DNA from: Prorocentrum cordatum
Taxonomy: Eukaryota
NCBI GenBank assembly: GCA_963575745.1
Contig: CAUYUJ010000314.1
Location: 124,001 to 188,000, forward strand
Length of the DNA: 64,000 bases
Reading direction: 5' to 3'
Below the pieces are notes generated by a model. The model made no database searches, was not told the origin of the DNA, and saw nothing but the letters and a program-made list of their open reading frames with translations. Below are positions 35,301-47,300 of the stretch, piece by piece. How positions within the stretch are numbered: the first letter of the stretch is position 1; each line of letters starts with the position of its first letter. The translations under genes and the position numbers were made by a program.

Positions 35301-37352
35301 GCGAAGGCCCCCGAAGCCAACCGACTGGGATTCGTCGAAATGCTTCTCTTGTTGCACGCGCTCCCACGCGGACCCCGACACCGTCAACAGCTCTTTCATC
35401 AATACTCGAAGCGGATCCATCGTGACCCGCAGCGCGACGACCAAAGCATGAGGCGATTCGTACAGCATCCATCTCGCAGCGGTCTCCCTCTGATGGTTGT
35501 TCTCCTTTTCGTAGTTCTTAGCAGCATCAGTCGCGCCTTCCTGAAGCCCATCGCTTCCATCAGCTGGCGGACCTTCTGGGCCGACGCCGCCTGCGACAGG
35601 GTGGGTGTCCAAGAGGGGTGGGAGTTCGACCGCGGCTCGGCCAGGCACGGGCAGCAAGGACTTTGGCACAGCACCTTTGTTCAAGATGACCACAAATTTC
35701 GTGAAAGCGGCCGTCCCCAGACCATGAATGCCATCCAAGAGACCAAGTGCATCGAGAGTCAAGTCGGAGCCCGTCCACCTGGATCTCGGAAATATTTTGG
35801 GTGAAGCCCCGCATAAAGCTTTCGCGAAGTATGAAAGAAACCAATGTCGCACTGCCTTCTCCTCCCTCGGCGAGCTCATGGTCCAGTGTTCGACGGTCTC
35901 AGTATTCTCCCAGTTGCCATTTGCAAGGAAAGATATGACTGCCCTGCGCCCGACGTTGCGCTTGCCGCGACAGAAACACTGAAGAACTGCGCGTCGGTGC
36001 ACACTATTCCAAGAAGGAGGGGTACCGTTAATAATGCGGAGTCGCTTGTCAATGGTGTCTCGGAGGACCTGCCGAAATATTCTCATCGCCCCAGGCTGGT
36101 TAAGAGCAAGACTCCAGGTGACGATGGCAGAGATATCGGCCTCGAGTAATTTACCGACGTTCTTATGTGCATTTGCCCACCTATGCGTATGGCATGTGGT
36201 GTGGAGCGAAGGGTACCCATTAAAGATAGCAATGCACTCTTCAGCCTTCCTGACGGCAGAATCTCCATCAGTGCAAGATAAATGGATTTTCTTCAAAAAC
36301 ATATCCTCGCATGGGCCCAGAGTTGGCTCCGTTCGTTTGAGGGCCTCCACGTAGTCCTCCGCCGCTGTCGAAGCCAAGGCCTGCACTGGAGCGAAAACGT
36401 CGAAACTGACCAGCACGTGCTCTCCAGATCCCAACTTGAACAACGCAGAGATTCGCCACTCGGACTGGAGCAACTTTGCAGGCACCGCATCGTACGACTC
36501 CATCTTCAAAAACTCCACAATGAACTTGGGAATCTCAAGCTTAGACGCACGCTTGTCAACCAAGACTGCAGAAGAAGATGACGTGTTGTTGTCTTTCACG
36601 TTGATCTTCATCGGGGTCTCGTCGTACCGAACTTGTTTCACGAGCATCAAGGGTTGGCCTCCATCTTTGACCACAGCTGCTACCATCCTCTCCATCAGCT
36701 CCTTGTGCATGTACTTCTGCATGGCGAGCCCAGCGGCAGCGAGCTGTATGCGACGAAGAGACGGGATACCTCTATGCGTGCCCATCTTGCTGGCCATCGC
36801 CGCTGAACTCATAACAAATGGTTCCCCATAGAACATCTGATCTGCCTGACGCAGAACTGTTCCAACCACATTGTTTGAAGTGCTAGCCGCAAGAACTCCG
36901 AGGCCGACCTGATGCGTCAGATAATCGACTGGCGCTGCAGGGAGGAGAGCGGCTCCACTGCCACCGAGATCCCCGTCTGCAAGGACAAGTTGGCCGCCAC
37001 CTTCGGGGATCGCACCATTTGCACCTGTGCTGACGTCGAGTTCTCCATCGGACTCTGGCTCTGGCGTTCGATGCCCAATAACACCATTAACTTCGAACAG
37101 GCCTCCTTCAAGGAGGTCTGCATCGCCAGGTACTCCAGAAAACGCTGCATCGCTGTCGATCTCATCCGGGTCATCATCGTCGACCGCTGCTCGACTGCCC
37201 CAAGACCGTCGCGCCTTGGACATCTCCGAGGAAGCCCATGACGCGCGTTGGTGATGTGTAGCTGCTGCTCCTGCGCTGGCCCACGAAAGTCGTCGAGCGT
37301 CCAAGTCGGAGCCCGCTGCATCATGGTTGTCGTGGCCCCATGTTTTCCTCAT
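32392..37352 (-). CDS. Large DDE transposase-like protein (hAT/MULE/P-related CxxH group), ~1551 aa; exons 37352-35043 and 34737-32392
   Basis: Exon 1: VRYDETP (D1, ~36623), SCTDGDSA (D2, ~36269), CHTH (CxxH, ~36190), FPRSRWTG (RW, ~35780). Exon 2: IEATHASLRR (candidate catalytic E, ~34596), CCTYGVCLC and a C-terminal C/H cluster (CNNREDHGRC...GRPLG...H). The GT-AG intron joins DE|VRSDC in frame. Start ATG uncertain. Confidence 0.82.
34738..35042 (-). other. 305-nt phase-0 GT-AG intron in the transposase gene
   Basis: Minus strand GAT GAG|GTCCGA...CTAGACAG|GTT CGA TCC. Both junctions fall on codon boundaries of the two ORFs, and the intervening sequence is low complexity. Confidence 0.8.
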
Positions 37353-40300
37353 CCACGAAGCACTCTCACAGTACTGACCCACAAAGAAGGATTGGCAATC
37401 CACGCGCAGCGCTGCCACGGCAGCTATCTCAACCCACAAGACGAGAAAACGCATGGACGTACTGAAACATGGAGGCACCGAAGTGCAATATGTAGAGGCG
37501 TCAAAGCGCATATGGAAGAATCGAAACTGATAAGGGCCGAAAGGCCAGTGGCGCGAAGCCCGGTTCGACCCCAAATGGTTACGGGCGACGCGGGGGTAAG
37601 GGCGCAGGTGACACCGCGTGCGAAAATCCCACGGGGACGAACAAATACCCCGAACGCCGCCTGTTTGGACGAATATTGCCGCAGTTTTGAAGCCCTCGTG
37701 AGCTCGAGCTGCATTCTGGGGGCTGCATGGGGGGGGATGCGGGGCTACAGCTGACGACGGCTACTACTACAACAAACACTTCGGGGGTCGAATCCATCGG
37801 AACTGATATGGCGTCACCCTCGGAACGGCCTACAGCCGAGAATGTGGGCATTCAGCCCACCCAATCGGTTGCGTAGGTTTCATAACTGGCACCTGCCAAC
37901 CGCGGCCCCCCGCAACGCACGAGGGAAGGAGCGAAAGCCAGCGAGCGGCAAGCCAGCACAGCACCACGCGAAGCGAGGAGCCAGCGAGGAGCGAGGAGAG
38001 AGAAGGAAGGAAAGGGAGGAGCCCGCAGGCAGCAGCACGGCAGCAGCAGGGGGCGCGTGACATGCTCAATGGTCTTGCCTGCTTCTACTAACTGCACGTG
38101 TCCTACGTATCTACTGTACATATAATGTTGGAGCCCTGGGGCAAACCTGACCCTCCCCTCCCCCGCCCCTGCGCCTTCCCCGTGCCCCGATGTCTGGTTA
38201 CGCGCTGAGGTTCTGGACGCGCCGTGCAAATTATCCCACCCGGGCCCCCCTCCGCCCCCCTACGCACCCGCCCCCGCCGCCCCCCGTCCCCCACTTACCA
38301 CCCCCCCCCAACCCGCCACCCCACCATCACCGCGCTCGCGCGCACGCCAGGTCAGGACCACCACCACCTCGCCCTTCTCTCCTTATGACCGCTACCCCAC
38401 TTGCATTGCAAGTAACCCACGCCCCACACCGCGCACCAATAGTTTTTCAATTCGAAGGCAAGGCCCGCGCAGAGCCAGACCGTTTTTATGCTCGAGGCGC
38501 GCGCTGGTCCTTGTCGGCGAAGGCTTAAGCTGATCTGCGTAATCTGGGAAAGTTTGCGATGCACAAATGTCCAAACGAAATTGTATAGGGCATGAAAAAA
38601 GCCTCAGGGCGGCCGCGAGGGCGCCACGATGGTCGAAATAGTATGCATGGCATTGCCCCAGAAGGAGCAGATAATGCGTGTACAAAGGTTGCACAAGACG
38701 GCGCGCAGAGTCTCCAGGCCGTCGGCTGCAGCTCTAGATGCTCAGCGATGCCCCCAGAGTGCGCGGGGGTTGCTCGAGACCCCGCGCATGGAACCTCCAA
38801 GAGGCATCGGCGGCCAATGGGAAACGCGCGAGGGTACAACTGTGCATCCCAGGCGACTTGGATGGGCGGCAACTCTGCAGTGGCAGCGCATGCCCTCTAC
38901 GAATGCAACGATGGCAATGTACTATAGGGCTGTGTGCTCATAGGAAAACGGCGATGACCATGATGGGCTTCGTCGATGTCGGCATCGGCACAGCTTGCGC
39001 GGGTATGCAGGCTTACGTGCAGCGCGCAAATGTGGTTTGTATTGCTTTGTTGTTGAAAAGTGCCCCATGGCGTGTACGTCATGTGTTGGAGGCCGCCGCT
39101 CGGCGGCATTCCGACACGCCACGATGTGCTGGATGCGCGCGCAGGACACTTTGCCGAGTTGAGCGAGCTTGCAATGCCAGACACGGGGTTGCTGGGAGGT
39201 GACCGCGCCCCCTTTTCCATGAGCTTCCAGCGTTGGGCCACGCAGATCCTGCGCGGACGCACAGCGCAAGCCTTGCGGAGGTATCCACGGGAAGTGGGCC
39301 CCTTACTAATCACACAAAGATGTTTGAGTTGTGTCCTGTGTCGGCCACATGCTGCGAGTGTGCTTGGCACGTGCATGGGTTAGCGTTGGCGTTCTTGTGG
39401 GCTAGTTGTCGCGCGCAGCGTGCCGTCGACCTGGCTGGGCTGTCGACGCAGCGCGCTCAACCCAACAGCCGTGTTTCCCAGTTTCGTCGACCAATTTGTT
39501 GTCAACGCGCAGCGCGAAACGTTGCTGGCCACAGTCGCAAGCATCTGGCGGCTGCATTTCCAAATCGCGCCGAACTCTGGCAAACTCCGCATCGTAAGAC
39601 GCGCCACTTGTTACAAATTGCGGCATGGTTTCTACGCGGCGCGTCGTCATGTCGCGACGCACGACCGCGCGCAAACATTAATGCAAAAGCGCGGCTGCGT
39701 CAGGGTTTTAATGGTAAGTGCGGCAGGGGTAGAGGCGTGAACCACTATTCGAGACAGGCGGGACTACGATTCCACGTAGGTGTAATCTGCACGTCGCGGA
39801 TTTTCTGTTTTCGCCATGCACGTTCGACGCTGCGATCTCGCGTCGCGGGCACGCAACCCTTTTCGACTGAATGCATCTGCCCTACTGCGCTTGCGGGTCC
39901 ACAGAACATCTGCGCTCCCCCGCGACACAGCATCCCTCGCCCATGGATTGCTAGCCGAACGCGCTGCAGGAGCCAAGCCCACCCCCACATGCTGGTGGCG
40001 GTTCCGAGGGCTGAGGCTTACTTGCTGTTGTAATTCTTGAAATGGCGTCGGTAATTTTTGTACAATTTGACATTTGAGCGCCGTCGCATTTTTTCCATGT
40101 TCATTTGACACTTATTTCATAATTCCAGGGTTTTAACATAAACCCTCTCTGTGTGGGGCGCGTTGCATCACAAGGCAGAATCGGCGTCGCGCCGCGGGAG
40201 GCGTGCGCCTCGCCTTCCAAAGTTGATGCCGGCGCGTCGAGGTGCGCGGGCGGGGAAGCATCAAGCCAAGAGCCCAGCGCGCCCGTCAACCTGAAGGGGG

Positions 40301-40423
40301 CCGCTCAACAAAGAATACCCAAATGCGCCTCTCAACTTTGCAGATGCCGCTCAACAGTGACGCATCGTCGAAAGCCACGGGGCGGCGTCGCGTTCACTGC
40401 GACCAGATTTGGGAAGGGGCCGG

Positions 40424-41652
40424 GGCCATGTTATCTCCCCGGATATCAGAAAGAGCGTGTTCTACCGCTGCTGGCGGAAAACCGGGGGCGGTCACTACCG
40501 GTTCGAACCCCTCCCCCCCCCCCCCGTTCCGGAAAACCGGGGGGGGGTCACTGCCGGTTCGAACCCCTCCCCCCCCCCCCAGTTCATCATGAAAAGGAGT
40601 GGGGGTCACTACCGGTTCGAACCCCCCCCCCCCCTCGAAAACCGGGGGGGTCACTACCAGTTCGAACCCCCCCCCCCACTCGAAAACCGAGTGGGGGTGC
40701 GGACAGTGGTGGGGAGGGTGTTGGTGGGGACAGTGGTGAGGGGACAGCGGGACAGTGGTGGGGACAGAGGGACAGTGGGACAGTGGTGGGGACGGTAGTG
40801 GTGGGGACAGTGGTGGGGACAATGGTGGGAACGGGGGGGACAGTGGACAGTGGGGGGGACGGTGGTGGTGGGGACAGTGGTGTGGGGACAGTGGGAATGA
40901 GGTGGAAACAGTGGGACAGTGGAGGGTACAATGGTGGTGGGGACAGTGGTGAAGGCGGTGGCGAGGACGGCGGTGGGACAATGGGACAGAGGTACAGTGG
41001 GGACAATGGTGGGGACAGTGGGGACAGTGGTGGGAACAGTGGGACAGCTCAGTGGGACAGCGGAGGAGTCAGTGGGACAGTGGGGACAGTGGGGATAGTC
41101 GGGCAGTGGTTGGGTCCGTGGAGACAGTGGGGAGAGTGGAACCGTGGTGGGAACAGTGGTGGGAACAGTGGGGACAGTGCGACAGTGGTGGGGGCACTGG
41201 TGGGGACAGTAGGGACGGTGGTGGAACCAGTGGGGACAGTGGTGGTGAGGACAGTGGTGCTGGGAACAACAGTGGGGGATGTGATGCGGACGGTGGTAGG
41301 GACCGGGAGTCGTTTGCTGGCGGTGCGTGGGGGAGGGGGGTCGAACCGGTAGTGACCCTCCGGTTTTCGAGGGGGGGGGGGGGTTCGAACCGGTAGTGAC
41401 CCCCCCCCCCGTTTTCCAGATCCGGGGGGGGGGGGGAGGGGTTCGAACCGGTAGTGACCCCCCCCCGGTTTTCGAGGGGGAGGGGGGGGGGGGAGGGGTT
41501 AGGGGAGGGGGGGGTTTTGCCGGGCCGGGGGAGGGGGGGGGGGGGATTTTCGGAGGGGAGGGGGGGGGGCGACCCCCGGGCTCCGGAGGAAAAGGCTGGC
41601 AATTTTCCACAGTAAAGCGGCGGTGGATCACGCTCTCTCGGATATCATGGCC
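40424..41652. mobile_element. Foldback/MITE-like element: inverted arrays of ~45-55 bp units around a (GGGGACAGTGGT)n minisatellite
   Basis: Left 40477-40690: GAAAACCGGGGGGGTCACTACCGGTTCGAACCCC about x3-4. Right 41330-41475: reverse complement x3. Outer arm GATATCAGAAAGAGCGTGTTCTACCGC (40442) matches the revcomp of 41619-41646. Core minisatellite 40700-41275. Confidence 0.75.
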
Positions 41653-43399
41653 ACCTCTTCTTATTTCAAACCGCCCCCTGGCCCCCCTGGGCTGTGCACG
41701 TGCTTCTTGCCATGCTTTGCGCACCCCCCCTCTCGGACGCCCCCGAAGCAGCAGGGGAGGAACAGAAACGCCCCGACTCTCACAGAGAGCCACAATCCTG
41801 CTCGACCCCTTTCTCTTGGTGCGTTTTCCAAAAGGTGGCGGAACTTCTCAGAGGCCCTCGCGCCTTCTGAGAGGTATCATGTATCTTCGGGGAAGGCTCA
41901 GCAAACCTCTCAGAGGGCCAGGGAACTTCCGAGCCTTCTGAGAAGGCCGTCGCCTTCTCGCTTCCCCCCGGGGCTCGCCGTCGAAGCTTGTCATGAGGGC
42001 GGTCGTTCTACTCCCTGCATCACGCAGCGCGCTCCCTCCGCACCCCCAGGGGCGTCTCTCCGGCGCGGGTCCCAGGCCTCCCTGCGTCGTGGAGGAAGCA
42101 CGACGGAGCTCACGCCGTGTGCAATTGATTGTGGCATCGCTCGGACGTTTGCATTTTTCACAGCGAGGACCATCGAGGAGCATCCTGGATCATTTTGCGA
42201 GAAATGAGCGCACGCAGCCGGAACATGCACGGGAAGTGAACGTCCGAGCGATGGCAAGTTTCCGGCCTTGCTCGACGCCTGGAGCGTCAAGAGGCGACTG
42301 GTGATGAAAGTTGCCCACCTGGAAGAGACAATTTTTATCCCCTGGCGGCAACGGGCGTGACTGGGGGGGGGGAGGGGGCTGGTCACGTTACGATGCGCAC
42401 CAGCGCCGCCTGGGAATGCTTAGGAATGGCCCATCTCACGCGGCGCCGGTGCGAAGCGTTGACCAGGGCAGGAGGGGAGAATGGGAAGTGAGGGGGCCGG
42501 TCACGGGCGTCAATTACGGTCGGACCGACGTAAAATATCGAGGTCGGTTCGGGGAGGGTACCCCAGTGTTCTTCGTGTTTGTTGGATGTTTTTGTGCATC
42601 CTCGCGGAGTGTAACCTTATGTTCTTCAGTTTGGCCGTCGGAGGGTCTCACGTTCTTGAGGGATATTTTTCTGTCATAGGTCCCGCCGTACCCTTGCCGC
42701 TCCCTCTTCCACCGTTGGTGTGGGCGAGCTCTGATGTCTATAGGCTTCCCAGATGGGGTCGGAGCAGCTGTGGTCGGAGGATCGCGTCGCATCGCCGATG
42801 CATTGGCGATGCGGCTCGACGTGGAGCCTGATTTGCGGTGTCCTGATTTTTGTGTAGCACGTCCCCCGAAATCCCGACCCTTTCCCCAGGGCCGCTTGTT
42901 CACCAATTGTTTTCGACGGTCTGGGGCCCAGGGAAGGACCCCGGAGGCCGAAGACCGCCAAACACCTCCCGCCGTGTTTCTGTTTACGACGCGGGCATGT
43001 CTGGGGATGCATCGCCCACTTGGTATCGCTCGGACGTGTGCACTTCTTCTCGGCGGGGACTATTGAGGAGCATCCTGGATCATCCTGCGAAAAAAGCACG
43101 CACGAAACCGAACAAAAGAATAGGGAATGGACGTCCGAGCGATGGCCAGCCCACGTCGTCGAGGTTTCTGCTCTCCGCGGCACGCAGCGCGCCCCCCTCT
43201 GCACCCGGGGACGCTCCCGTTCGGTAGCACCTCACGGGAGTCTGGTCTGTCCTCGGGACCCCGCTTCTTGAATGCATTAGCGTTCTCTAGCGTCTGGTAG
43301 TCGGTGAAAAATCTCGATTTCGCGTTGACCAGCGTCGATTGCCGTTGATCGGCGTCGTTTGTGTCGGTCGGCGACGACTCGCAAGAGCGAGCAGGATAC

Positions 43400-43700
<301 letters not shown>

Positions 43701-44308
43701 GAGAGGAGGTAAGCTAGGTGCACTCGCCCTATATCTGACATCATGTCCCTCCTACACATCCCTTCCCGTTACGCTGATTTGTCCCTATCCGCAGACGGAT
43801 AGCGAACCTGGAATCCCAATGCGTCACGTGGTCGGTGGACATTACAAGAGGAGAAGAAGGAGGAGAAGCATGAGGAAGACAGCAACAGCCTCGTCGCTGA
43901 GGTTCGTCCCACCTACAGGAGAAAAGGGGGGAGGATGCGATGTCAGGAGGATGGGCAGGAGGATGGGGAGGAGGAGGAAGGAGGATGACGAAGAAGAGCA
44001 GCACCAGGGGAACGCGGAGGAGGGGAAACGGAGCGGGGCGCCAACGGCGAGGAGCCGTTTGGATCTGTCGGAGTTTCCCGCGCTGGGGCGGCAGCGCCAT
44101 CCTGAGCGACGGGAGGCAGAGCGCCGATCCGAAAGTTGGGCCACGCTGAAGCGGTGTCACCATTTTGAACCACTTTGAACAAGGGCTCCCTCGAGGGCGC
44201 GAAGTTATTCGCGCTTCGCGCTTCGCGGTCCTCGTTCCTTCTCCCCCTCCTCCTCGTCCTCCTATTCTCCTTTTGGGAGGGCGGCGCGAGAGCGCGAAGT
44301 TATTCGCG

Positions 44309-44352
44309 CTTCGCGCTTCGCGCAGCGCGAAGCGCGAAGTTGGGAGCCCTAG
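44309..44352 (+). mobile_element. Helitron-type 3' terminus
   Basis: Perfect 15-bp inverted repeat CTTCGCGCTTCGCGC-A-GCGCGAAGCGCGAAG (44309-44339), 9 nt, CTAG (44349-44352), then T; partial upstream copy at 44197-44227. Confidence 0.65.
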
Positions 44353-47300
44353 TTGAAACACCAGGAACGCTCGGACTGGAGACCACAGAAGACAGACCAC
44401 GACATGAAGTGCACGTGTCGATGCAAGTCGTGGGAGGGGCGGAGCATTTTCCGCACAGAAGTCAGGGGATAGAGGATCGTAGCATTCATGTTGAATAATT
44501 GGCAAGCTGGGTGCGCCCGCTCGCCACATCTGACATCCTTCCCCTCTCACCTAGCCCTTTCCATTGCGCTGATGTTTCGTTATCCGCCGACGGGTGTCAT
44601 AATGGCCCTGGAAACTCCAAAACGACACCATCGTGTTATGAGCAGTCAGACAACGAGTGGTGTGCGTTGGAGGAGGAGGTGGCGGATGAACAGGAGGACG
44701 AGCAGGAAGAAGAGAAGGATGAGGAAGGAGGTAGAAGATGAGGAACAGCAGCAGCAGCAGCAGGAGTGGGAGGAGCGGGCTGAGCAGGATGACTGGGGGA
44801 ACGCTGAGGAAGGGAAACGAGCGAGTGACAACGACAAGGAACGACTCGGATCTATCCAGGGCCGTCTTGGAGGCCATCTTGGGCGTCTTGGAGGCCATCT
44901 TGGGCGTGTTGGAGGCCTCTTGGGCTGTCTTGGGGCCCTCTTGGGGCCATCTTGGAGGCCACTTGGGCCGTCATGGGGCCATCTTGGGGGCCTCTTGGGC
45001 GATCTTGGGGGCCTCTTGGGCCGTCTTGAGCCGTCGGAAAGCCGAAAAGGCGCAAATGCCAACACCCTTCAAAAACCTAAGCAAAATCAATGATTTTGGC
45101 CTCTTCGGGCCCTCCTGGAGGACCTCTTGGAGGCCTCTTGGGCCGTCTGGGAGGCCTCTGGGGGGCCTCTTGGGCCGTCTTGGGCCGTCTTGGACTCTTG
45201 GGTCGTCTTGGAGGCCGTCTTGAACCGTCTTGGGCGGACTTGGAGGCCATCTTGGGCCATCTTCGCGATTTTCCATGTCCCGAGCGAAACGGCCGTTTTT
45301 GGAGCCGTCTTGGGTAGGAAATTTTGGGATTTGGGGATTTTCCGGGTGGCCGGCGGGACGGGCCGGAGCCCCAGGGGGAGTTCTTTTGGAAAAAGACCCA
45401 AAACCAAAACCGAGAGGATCTAGCACGCCAGGCACCCCTGCGATGAGTCGACAGGGGGCGGCGGATTAACGGCCTTCGGCCCATCCCGCCACCGTGCCTG
45501 GGTTGTTTTGGGGCGCTCTTAGGCCGTCTTGGGGTCCTCTTGGAGGCTTCTTGGGCCGTTGTGGTTTGGTCTTGGGGGCATCTTGGGGCGTTTTGGTCAG
45601 TCCGTTTTTAGACTGCACTATCGTGCGCTAGCGTCGCCTTATCGCAGACCAGCGTCGATTGGCCCGCTCTGCACCCGGGGAGGGGTCGGTGAGGGGACCG
45701 TTGTACAAGATCGAGGTCGGTTCGGGGAGGGTGCCCTGATGTTCTTCGTACTTGTTGCATGTTCTTGTGTATCCTGGGGAAGGGTACCCTGAAGAATGGT
45801 TCTTCTGTTCCGGAGGGGGGTCTCGTGTTCTTGAAAGACGTTCTTCTGTCTATGCTCCGACCGTAGCGTCGATCCAGCGTCGACCAGCGTCGACCAGCCC
45901 CCTCCGCACCCGGGGGCGCCCCCGAGAGCTGCCGCCCGCGAGGCGCGCCAGGGCCGCAGGGCCCGCGGGGGCCGCAGGGCCACCGCGGGCCGCGGGGCAG
46001 CCCGGGCTACCCGGGCATCGTGGGGGGCCGCGGGCCGCCAGGCTGCGGCGGCCCTCTCTCGGCTACGCGGAGGAGTGACCTTTCGCCGGGGTGACCTGTG
46101 GTGCGGGCCCAGAGGGGGCCCCCAAGGGCTGCATGCGATGTGATGGCAGCAGCTTGTACGCCTGGTGATGTCCCAAAGGGCCCCCGCTTGGGCTGCGCAC
46201 CAGAGGTCACTTTGGCTGCGGCGGCCCTTTCTCGGCGCGGGGGGGGGAAGAGGGTCCTGAGGGCAACATTTCTGATTCGCGGGTCGAGAGCGCACTTCTT
46301 CCGGTCGAAGCTAAGTGGGCCGCGCGAAGCTTGAATTAACAGAGAGGGGGGGACAGAAGGAGGGGCCTCACGGCAAGGCCAGGAGGGGGCAAAGCCCCGG
46401 GGTCGCCCTGAGGGCAACGGGTCCTGAGTTTTTTCGTTTTTTTCTGGCTCTCGGGGCCCTCCACCGGCCCTGGGGCTGGCAGGAAGCGCCTCGGGGTGAA
46501 GAGATCTCGTCCCGGAGGCAGGCTCTGGGGCCCCGGGACCCGTCCCCGCCATGCTAACTTGTTCTCGGCGAGGAGGGGGGAGGGTGGATGGGGCGGAGGA
46601 GGGAGGGGCAGAGGAGGCGGAAAAGGGAGGGGATCGGAGGATGAGGAGGAGGAGGAGGAGGAGGAGGAGGAGGAGGAGAAGGAGGAGGAGGAGGAGGAGG
46701 AGGAGGAGGAGGAGGAGGAGGAGGAGGAGGTGTACCGATGCCGCTGCCCTTCCCTCGCGCTTCGCCTCTTTGGGCCTCGTGGGAGGCCCTCGTCGCCACG
46801 GCCGGATTCGGGCATGGCGGGGGGGGCGGGCGCGGGCTGCCCGGCTTGGACCCTCGCCGAGGAGGCGGAGGCAGAGGAGGCGGGCCCAGAGAGCCGAGGC
46901 TCCGAAGAGAGTTGAACGACCGGCTTCTGACCGAGGAGGCGGAGGCAGAGGACCGACTGCACATGAGAGTGACCCTTCGCCGGAGTGACCTTTTGGTGCG
47001 GGCCTACCGGGGTCTCCCGATCGCCGAACGCGATGCGATAGTAGCGTCTTGCGCGCGTGGGGTTGCCCCCCCCCTCCCCCCGCGGCCCCCCGAAAGCCGC
47101 GCAGCAAAGGTCAGTCACTCTTGCCCAGGGTCGCCCTGGGGTGTAGCCGAGATGAGCGGGACTCGGAGATCCGAAGCTCACGAAACGGTTGGAGCCACAG
47201 CTGGTTTCCGCCATTCTCGACCCCCCGGGGCCCTCACAGAGGAGGCGGACCCAGAGATCCGAAGCTCTGTGAAGTTCCGAACAGGTTGGGAGCGGCAGTT

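Noticed and set aside
37700..40400. Several 100-270 aa ORFs upstream of the transposase
   Set aside because: No codon bias or recognisable motifs; consistent with chance ORFs in GC-rich DNA
40490..40680. tRNA or tRNA-derived SINE (GGTTCGAACCC resembles a B box/T loop)
   Set aside because: No A box, cloverleaf or acceptor stem; the motif is part of a tandem unit
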